Assembly: GCA_937931785.1 (NCBI GenBank)
Contig: CALHAX010000069.1
Span: 53,837-117,836 of the forward strand
Origin: an uncultured Hyphomicrobiaceae bacterium
GTDB taxonomy: Bacteria; Pseudomonadota; Alphaproteobacteria; Rhizobiales; CALHAX01
Length of the DNA stretch: 64,000 bases
Direction: 5' to 3'
The translations under genes were made by a program, and so were the position numbers. Positions 57,784-64,000 of this stretch are shown one piece after another; the first letter of the stretch is position 1; each line of letters opens with the position of its first letter. Below the pieces are notes generated by a model that saw nothing but the letters and a program-made list of their open reading frames with translations, did not search any database and had not been told where the DNA came from.

Positions 57784-58851
57784 TCATTCAACAGAAGCCG
57801 TTCTGCCCGGCAAGGCAAAACGCAGGATCAGGTTTCGTTGGAAAAAATTGAAATTATCATCTGAAATCAATGTGATAATCGTTTGCCCAGTGCCGTCCTG
57901 ATGGACCGCGATGCCTTCCATATTGTCGATATTGGACGAGCTGTCCACATCGAGCAGCACGTCACCGTGGATCACGCGACCGGACGCCAGTTCGTCAGGA
58001 TGTACCCGGCGGATGCGCATTTTCACGCCTTCCGTCCAGCGAAAGCGCCGTTCCAGTGTCAGGAAGCCGCCGTCTGGCAAAGCTGCGAGCCCCGTAATGT
58101 CAAACCCCTTAATTGGCTTCAAAAAGAGTTCGCGCGTGCGGCCCCTGGCGATAAGCCAGCCGCGCAGATTACCGGCACTGTTGCGCCGTCCCTCTGCGAA
58201 CATCACAAGTTTGCCGGTGTTCGGCCCCACCAGCAGCTCCATAGCTTCAAGGCCGCGGTTGCCCTTGAGTCCCTTGATGTAGGGCGGCAGGTTGAGATAG
58301 CGCGCTGGTTTTCCGATCTCGCCATTGCGCACTGGAAATCGGCCGACGCGATGGATCTGCTCGAATGCGATCAGGATCTCGCCATTGTCGAGCGTACCCT
58401 TGTCAAGGCTCACAGCTTCTGCGTCGACTTCGCGACCGCCTGCCAAAACGCGCCCACTCAAGGCGCGGAAGGGGCCAACACGTCCGTTTGTCACATTGGT
58501 CGGCGTGCCATTCCGCGATGTGATATTTGCTGTCATCCAGAAGCCCGCATCCGACGCTGCGAAAACGCGTTTACCGTCCGGGCTGATGGACAGGCCTGAA
58601 AAACCACCAAAGTAGTCGGAACTCGACGACAGACTGAGGCCACCCAACCAAATGAGTTTGCCAGCAGGGCGCCCCGGTTTACGGGTGCGCCCGAAGCTTG
58701 TGATCGGTCGTGCCGAAATCTCGATGGATTGCGGTTCCATCCCCTTGAGGCGCGGTTTTGCCGTGACGGTGGTTGCGGCACCAATCGCCAAAGCGGTGAA
58801 GGCACCAACACTTCCGATCAGCGCGCGCTGAACCCGGTTGAACGTCGTCAT
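57784..58851 (-). CDS. esterase-like activity of phytase family protein
   Basis: Signal peptide, then the [25 protein letters not shown] beta-propeller pattern typical of this family. 4-nt overlap with cobT. Confidence 0.7.
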   Translation of the reverse strand: MTTFNRVQRALIGSVGAFTALAIGAATTVTAKPRLKGMEPQSIEISARPITSFGRTRKPGRPAGKLIWLGGLSLSSSSDYFGGFSGLSISPDGKRVFAASDAGFWMTANITSRNGTPTNVTNGRVGPFRALSGRVLAGGREVDAEAVSLDKGTLDNGEILIAFEQIHRVGRFPVRNGEIGKPARYLNLPPYIKGLKGNRGLEAMELLVGPNTGKLVMFAEGRRNSAGNLRGWLIARGRTRELFLKPIKGFDITGLAALPDGGFLTLERRFRWTEGVKMRIRRVHPDELASGRVIHGDVLLDVDSSSNIDNMEGIAVHQDGTGQTIITLISDDNFNFFQRNLILRFALPGRTASVE

Positions 58852-60725
58852 GCAGCGCGACCGCGGCGTGTGGCAGGAACGCCTTCTTCAAAAAGGGATA
58901 CCAGTTGATCGGTCATGGCTCCGGCCAGCTCAGCCGCGTCGGTAATTGTGACGGCACGCTGGTAATACCGCGTGACATCATGACCAATCCCGATGGCGAT
59001 AAGCTCAACAGGTGAGCGGTTCTCGATCTCGTGAATGACTTGGCGCAAGTGATGCTCCAGATAAGAGCCCGAATTCACCGACAGAGACGAATCATCTACC
59101 GGCGCACCATCAGAAATCATCATAAGAATGCGGCGCTGCTCGGGCCGTGCAAGAATACGCTTGTGCGCCCAGGTGAGGGCTTCACCGTCAATATTCTCCT
59201 TGAGCAACCCTTCACGCATCATCAATGCGAGGTTGCGGCGCGAGCGACGCCACGGACTGTCCGCATGCTTGTAGATGATATGACGGAGGTCGTTGAGACG
59301 GCCTGGCGCTGGCGGTTTTCCTGCTTCCAGCCATGCTTCGCGGGCATGTCCACCTTTCCAGGCGCATGTGGTGAAACCGAGAATTTCAACTTTCACGCCA
59401 CAGCGTTCCAGTGTGCGCGCCAGGATATCTGCACAGCACGCTGCCACCATGATCGGGCGACCGCGCATGGAGCCGGAATTGTCGAGCAGGAGCGTTACAA
59501 CCGTGTCGCGAAAATCCGTGTCGCGTTCCGCCTTGAAGGAGAGGGCGTGCATGGGATCGAGGATGACACGGGTGAGCCTTGCAGCATCAAGCACGCCTTC
59601 TTCCAGATCAAAATCCCAGGCGCGGTTTTGTTGTGCAAGCAGGCGGCGCTGCAGGCGATTGGCGAGACGGGACACGGCCCCGGACAGGCCGCGGAGTTCC
59701 TTTTCGAGATAGGCATGGAGACGTGTGAGCTCCTCAGGGGAGCACAAATCTTCTGCCCGTTTCTCTTCGTCAAATTCGGTTGTGAATGCTGTGTAACCAA
59801 ACCGTTCCGGAGCTTCCAGGACATTGACGTTCGGCTGCCACGGCACTTCCGTTTCAGCGCCTTCCAGACCGTCTGACTCAACATCGAACATGTCTGCATC
59901 GGCGCTTTCGGACATGTCGGTTTCGTCGGACTGCTCGCCGTCGGCCATCTGTTCTTCAGGTGCGGACTCGCCGCCTTCCGACGAATCCCCTTCTTCGCCA
60001 GCTTCCGGATTGCCCTCGTCCGATTGCTCTTCGTCCCGGTCGTCGTCGCTTTCCTCATCGCCTTGCGAAAAATCATCTGTCACATCGAGCGCATTCAGGA
60101 GCGAGCGGACGAGCTTGCCGAATTCCTTCTGATCCTCGATCAACTCACCGAGCTGGTCGAAAGTCTTGCCTGCACGATCCTCGATCCAGGGCCGCCACGC
60201 TTCAACAAGCGCCTTTGCCTTCTTTGGAGGCGCCTCTCCCGTCAAGTTCTCCCGTACGAGCAGCGCGAGGGCGTCTTCGAGTGGCGCTTCATCGCGCGAC
60301 GTGACCTTGGCGAAGCGGCCATGGTCGTAAGCATTCTCTACCTTGGCCGACAAATTTTGCGCCATTCCGGGCATGCGGTTTGCACCAAGGCATTCAACAC
60401 GGGCCGTTTCAACAGCTTCAAAAATGACACGGGCAGGTCCTGAGTCGGGCACCATGCCGGCGTGAACTTTCGGGTCGTGACACGCCGCTTTCAGAGAAAT
60501 CGAATCCGCGTGGCCGCGCACGATGGCTATTTCTTCGGGGCCCGGCACGCGACTTGGTTCGGGCAAACGCACGCTCTTGCCCTCCAGCACGGGTTGCGCT
60601 GCCGTATAGGTGACTTCCAGTTCGTCATCTGCCGCAATCGCGCGTACGGCAAGCGCCAGTGCCCGCTTGAAAGGTTCTGCGGGGCTTTCCTTGCGATTGC
60701 TGTTGTTCGACGATGACATCTTCAA
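58848..60725 (-). CDS. cobT: cobaltochelatase subunit CobT
   Basis: N-terminus ...[17 protein letters not shown], a central acidic stretch and a C-terminal vWA domain ([14 protein letters not shown]), the typical aerobic CobT pattern. Confidence 0.9.
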   Translation of the reverse strand: MKMSSSNNSNRKESPAEPFKRALALAVRAIAADDELEVTYTAAQPVLEGKSVRLPEPSRVPGPEEIAIVRGHADSISLKAACHDPKVHAGMVPDSGPARVIFEAVETARVECLGANRMPGMAQNLSAKVENAYDHGRFAKVTSRDEAPLEDALALLVRENLTGEAPPKKAKALVEAWRPWIEDRAGKTFDQLGELIEDQKEFGKLVRSLLNALDVTDDFSQGDEESDDDRDEEQSDEGNPEAGEEGDSSEGGESAPEEQMADGEQSDETDMSESADADMFDVESDGLEGAETEVPWQPNVNVLEAPERFGYTAFTTEFDEEKRAEDLCSPEELTRLHAYLEKELRGLSGAVSRLANRLQRRLLAQQNRAWDFDLEEGVLDAARLTRVILDPMHALSFKAERDTDFRDTVVTLLLDNSGSMRGRPIMVAACCADILARTLERCGVKVEILGFTTCAWKGGHAREAWLEAGKPPAPGRLNDLRHIIYKHADSPWRRSRRNLALMMREGLLKENIDGEALTWAHKRILARPEQRRILMMISDGAPVDDSSLSVNSGSYLEHHLRQVIHEIENRSPVELIAIGIGHDVTRYYQRAVTITDAAELAGAMTDQLVSLFEEGVPATRRGRAA

Positions 60726-60740
60726 TCCAACCGGAAACGA

Positions 60741-61763
60741 TCAACTCATTGCGATGTTGGCGGTGGACTCGGGCAATTCCTCACCGAAGCAACGCTGATA
60801 GAACTCGGCCACAAGTGCGCGTTCGAGTTCGTCACACTTGTTGACAAACGAAAGACGGAACGCGAGTGCCACATCGTCGAAGATTTCAGCGTTCTCTGCC
60901 CAGGTGATGACGGTGCGGGGGCTCATCACCGTGGACAGGTCGCCGTTGATGAACGCGTTGCGTGTCAGGTCTGCGACACGCACCATATTCGACAAGATTT
61001 CCCTTTTGCCCTTCGACGCGAAGGATTTCACCTTGGACGCAACGATATCAACTTCAGCATCATGCGGAAGATAATTCAGCGTGGAGACGATCGACCACCG
61101 GTCCATCTGACCCTGGTTGATCTGCTGCGTACCGTGATACAGCCCGCTGGTATCGCCGAGGCCGATCGTGTTCGTGGTGGCAAACATACGGAATGCCGGG
61201 TGCGGTTTGATCACCATGGACTGATCCAGAAGGGTCAGTTTGCCGGAGACTTCCAGAACACGCTGGATCACGAACATGACGTCCGGGCGGCCAGCGTCGT
61301 ACTCGTCGAAAACGATCGCGGTGTTGGATTGCAGTGCATATGGCAAAATGCCCGGACGGAATTCCGTAACCTGCTGGCCATCGCGGATCACGATCGCATC
61401 CTTGCCGACAAGATCAATCCGACTCACGTGACTATCGAGATTGACGCGAATACACGGCCAGTTCAGGCGGGCGGCAACCTGCTCAATGTGCGTGGACTTC
61501 CCAGTGCCGTGGTAGCCCTGGATCATGACGCGGCGGTTGTGTGCGAAGCCTGCAAGAATAGCGAGCGTGGTGGCCGGATCGAACAAGTAGTCCGCATCGA
61601 CTTCTGGTACATGTTCGCTTGGCACTTTGTATGCGGGTACCTTGAGATCGCTATCGATACCGAAGGTTTCTCGAACGGATACCGTTGTATCCGGCATTCC
61701 GTCCGCACTTTTTGCACCCGTGTTTTTCTGGTCAGCGGGAGCCCGCTTCGCTGCAACGCTCAT
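60741..61763 (-). CDS. cobS: cobaltochelatase subunit CobS
   Basis: MoxR-like AAA with [28 protein letters not shown], immediately upstream of cobT. Confidence 0.9.
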   Translation of the reverse strand: MSVAAKRAPADQKNTGAKSADGMPDTTVSVRETFGIDSDLKVPAYKVPSEHVPEVDADYLFDPATTLAILAGFAHNRRVMIQGYHGTGKSTHIEQVAARLNWPCIRVNLDSHVSRIDLVGKDAIVIRDGQQVTEFRPGILPYALQSNTAIVFDEYDAGRPDVMFVIQRVLEVSGKLTLLDQSMVIKPHPAFRMFATTNTIGLGDTSGLYHGTQQINQGQMDRWSIVSTLNYLPHDAEVDIVASKVKSFASKGKREILSNMVRVADLTRNAFINGDLSTVMSPRTVITWAENAEIFDDVALAFRLSFVNKCDELERALVAEFYQRCFGEELPESTANIAMS

Positions 61764-61885
61764 TGATCTTCGATGTCCTGCTGTTGGCCTGCCCGCGCAC
61801 TTGCCAATTCTTTGTGCTCCGCGGGCGTTCAGGGCGGCGATGTCCGAAAGATGTCTCGTGTCAGCTCAAGGCTGGAACGTAACGC

Positions 61886-61911
61886 ATAGAAAACGGGTCA
61901 GCAAAGACCCG
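61886..61911 (-). terminator. rho-independent terminator of the J-domain gene
   Basis: On the minus strand CGGGTC (61911-61906) pairs with GACCCG (61899-61894) across loop TTTGCT, followed by TTTTCT. The hairpin overlaps the TGA stop at 61900-61898. Confidence 0.5.
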
Positions 61912-62533
61912 CTTTCTTGAGGTAATTATAGGCTTGGATCACTTCGCGCAACTTGTCCTCAGCACCGCGATCGCCGCCGTTGCTGTCCGGGTGATGGCGT
62001 TTCACCAATTCCTTGAACCGAGTCTTGATCTCCTGCTTCGAAGCGTCCTCGGGCAGGTGCATCTCGCCTAGTGCCTTGCGTTCCATGCTGCGCACTGGAC
62101 GCCGTCGTAATTTCTCGGGTGTCGCCTGTTCACCGAAAAGCCCATGCGGATCGCTCTGCGCAAAGGCCGGATCAAAGCCTGCTGCCGGTTTGCGCCGTTT
62201 CTTCGCTGTTCCACCGCCACCAACGTTGGCGGTTCCATTCGAGCTCACAGTCCACGTGGGGCGGTGGCCCGTCGACGCCGACTTCTGATAATCGATAAAC
62301 TCTTCGTCGCTCATCCCACTGAAATAATTGTAGGATTTATTATATGTCTGCACGTGTTCAATGCAGAACGACAGGTATTCCCCTTCATGGCCACGGCCAC
62401 GAGGCGCACGATTGGTCGCGGGGTTCTTGCACCCACGCCACTGACAGGTTCCAGACGCGACTTTTTCCTCGGGCTTTGCCTTGCCCTTGGGTTTGACACG
62501 AATGCTGTCGAAATATTTCGATTCAAGTTTCAT
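61898..62533 (-). CDS. J domain-containing protein
   Basis: C-terminal J domain with an HPD motif (LVKRHHPDSNGGDRGAEDKLREVIQAYNYL) and an N-terminal Cys-rich region. Conserved neighbour of cobS and bolA. Confidence 0.8.
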   Translation of the reverse strand: MKLESKYFDSIRVKPKGKAKPEEKVASGTCQWRGCKNPATNRAPRGRGHEGEYLSFCIEHVQTYNKSYNYFSGMSDEEFIDYQKSASTGHRPTWTVSSNGTANVGGGGTAKKRRKPAAGFDPAFAQSDPHGLFGEQATPEKLRRRPVRSMERKALGEMHLPEDASKQEIKTRFKELVKRHHPDSNGGDRGAEDKLREVIQAYNYLKKAGLC

Positions 62534-62659
62534 GAGCCGCGCAGTATGAGGGTTTCATGTGCTTCGGACAAGCCACGGTTTGCGCACTAATGACGCACGG
62601 TTCTGAAACGTGTCCGGTATGCCATAGCGACGTTAACGTCATTTGGAGAAAACACGCCC

Positions 62660-62929
62660 ATGGAACAAGCCATACGCACGAAAATCGAGTCCGGACTGGC
62701 GCCGGAACACCTTGAAGTGATCAATGAGTCACATCTGCATGCGGGCCATCAGGGATCGCCCGGAACGGGAAACAGCCACTTTCGGTTGAAGATTGTTGCT
62801 GAGGCGTTCGCTGGCAAGTCACGACTTGAGCGCCATCGGATGGTGAATGAGCTTCTCGCGGACGAATTGGCGGGAGAGCTCCATGCGCTTGCGATCCGTG
62901 CCGCAGCACCGGACGAGGGGAAACCATAG
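62660..62929 (+). CDS. BolA family protein
   Basis: LEVINESHLHAGH ... HFRLKIVAEAFAGKSRLERHRMVNELL, the BolA signature. Confidence 0.85.
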   Translation: MEQAIRTKIESGLAPEHLEVINESHLHAGHQGSPGTGNSHFRLKIVAEAFAGKSRLERHRMVNELLADELAGELHALAIRAAAPDEGKP

Positions 62930-63021
62930 CTGCCTGACATTTTCACGATGCTTGAGTTCCAAACTGCCGCGAGCGGCGCTAGGGTTTTGAAGCTCCTCCC
63001 TACCGCTTGAGACCCTCAGCC

Positions 63022-64000
63022 ATGAATGCACCCGAGAGAACCGCCTCCGTCGATCCCCTCCTGCAACCGTTCCAGCTGAAGGGGCTGACGCTGCGAAACA
63101 GAATCATGTCGACCAGCCATGCGTGCGGACTTGAAGAAAACGGTGGCATGCCGGGCGAGACGTACCAACGTTATCATGTCGAGAAGGCCAAAGGCGGCCT
63201 TGCGCTGACGATGTTCGGCGGATCGTCCTATGTCTCGCCGGATTCCACCTGGGCGAGCAGCCAACTCGACATATCCAACGATCGGATCATTCCGTATCTG
63301 CAATCGTTTTCCGAGCAGATTCATGCGGAGGGAGCCGCCATCATGATCCAGATCACGCATCTGGGCCGCCGCGGAGAAACAAATACGCAGAACTGGCTCC
63401 CGACGGTCGGACCCTCCGTGGTGCGCGAGACGGGGCACCGCTCGTTTCCGCGCGAAATGGATCGGCATGATATCGACCGGATCGTGAAACAGTTCGGCGA
63501 TGCGGCTGTGCGGGCTGTGGACGGCGGGTTGGATGGACTGGAGACGATGACAGCAGGGCATCTGATCGGGCAATTTTTTTCTCCGATCACGAACATGCGT
63601 ACTGACGGTTTTGGTGGATCAACCGAAAACAGATGCCGCTTCGGGTTGATGGTGCACGAGGAAATCCGCAGGCGTGTCGGAGATACTTTTGTAATCGGGA
63701 TGCGCTACCTGATCGACGAAACATTGAAAGGCGGGCTTGATTTCGAAGAGTGCGTAAAGATCGCGGAGATTTTCGAGGCAGCTGGAACAGTCGACTTCTT
63801 CAACGCCAACTATGGTCGGCTGGATACCGAACTGACTCTGGCTACAGATTGCATGCCCGGCCTGGCATCGCCGATTTCGCCATGGCTTGAGAAAGCGGGG
63901 GCCTTCAAACGCGCGGTCAACCTTCCCGTGTTCCATGCCGCGAAGATCGTCGACCTGGCGAGTGCGCGCTATGCCATCAGAGAAGGGCTGCTCGACATGG
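63022..64000 (+). CDS. NADH:flavin oxidoreductase (Old Yellow Enzyme family), 3' end beyond the window
   Basis: Translation from the ATG at 63022 reads MNAPERTASVDPLLQPFQLKGLTLRNRIMSTSHACGL...IMIQITHLGRRG...GHLIGQFFSPITNMRTDGFGGSTENRCRF. It is not in the ORF track because there is no stop within the window. Confidence 0.85.
   Translation, partial: MNAPERTASVDPLLQPFQLKGLTLRNRIMSTSHACGLEENGGMPGETYQRYHVEKAKGGLALTMFGGSSYVSPDSTWASSQLDISNDRIIPYLQSFSEQIHAEGAAIMIQITHLGRRGETNTQNWLPTVGPSVVRETGHRSFPREMDRHDIDRIVKQFGDAAVRAVDGGLDGLETMTAGHLIGQFFSPITNMRTDGFGGSTENRCRFGLMVHEEIRRRVGDTFVIGMRYLIDETLKGGLDFEECVKIAEIFEAAGTVDFFNANYGRLDTELTLATDCMPGLASPISPWLEKAGAFKRAVNLPVFHAAKIVDLASARYAIREGLLDM

Noticed and set aside
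61764-61897. Cobalamin riboswitch upstream of cobS
   Set aside because: The leader is only ~130 nt and I see no B12-box-like sequence. The hairpin present is better explained as the terminator of the upstream J-domain gene.
1-64000. Search for CRISPR arrays, IS elements, integrases, prophage or conjugation genes, and rRNA
   Set aside because: I saw no regularly spaced direct repeats, no transposase/integrase/recombinase-like ORFs, and no rRNA-like conserved segments. The only tRNA (Leu) is followed by ordinary core genes rather than an integrated element.

Overview
This is a 64-kb chromosomal window from a moderately GC-rich alphaproteobacterium. Gene content and local synteny look Hyphomicrobiales/Rhizobiales-like: etfB, PduO-type adenosyltransferase, gluQ, tRNA-Leu, DD-carboxypeptidase, moeA, rpmB, Suv3-like helicase + S4 protein + dinB, purL, and cobT-cobS-J-domain-bolA. 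I call about 60 protein-coding genes, one tRNA-Leu(CAA) and two hairpin terminators. I see no rRNA, CRISPR array, transposase, integrase or prophage genes. Most of the window is ordinary core metabolism, but three patches stand out. (1) 21.8-29.2 kb is a ~7.4-kb segment between a CAP-domain lipoprotein gene and moeA, bracketed by two long, visibly A/T-richer non-coding stretches. It encodes a small acidic protein, a 367-aa protein with no recognisable motif, a 1184-aa protein with two separate P-loop NTPase modules (N-terminal ORC/STAND-like, C-terminal HerA/FtsK/DUF87-like), and a convergent orphan ParA/MinD-type ATPase with a proline/acid-rich tail. This is my best candidate for an undescribed system (defence/conflict or DNA handling). 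(2) 13.8-14.6 kb is a ~0.8-kb non-coding tract of degenerate short repeats with 29 ACGC versus 0 GCGT on the + strand. (3) 7.2-8.8 kb holds an SDH/ClpP-fold serine protease homologue with a lysine-rich N-terminal tail, plus a small unknown ORF. All homology calls come from reading the translated ORFs and recognising motifs by eye; no database search or computation was possible.
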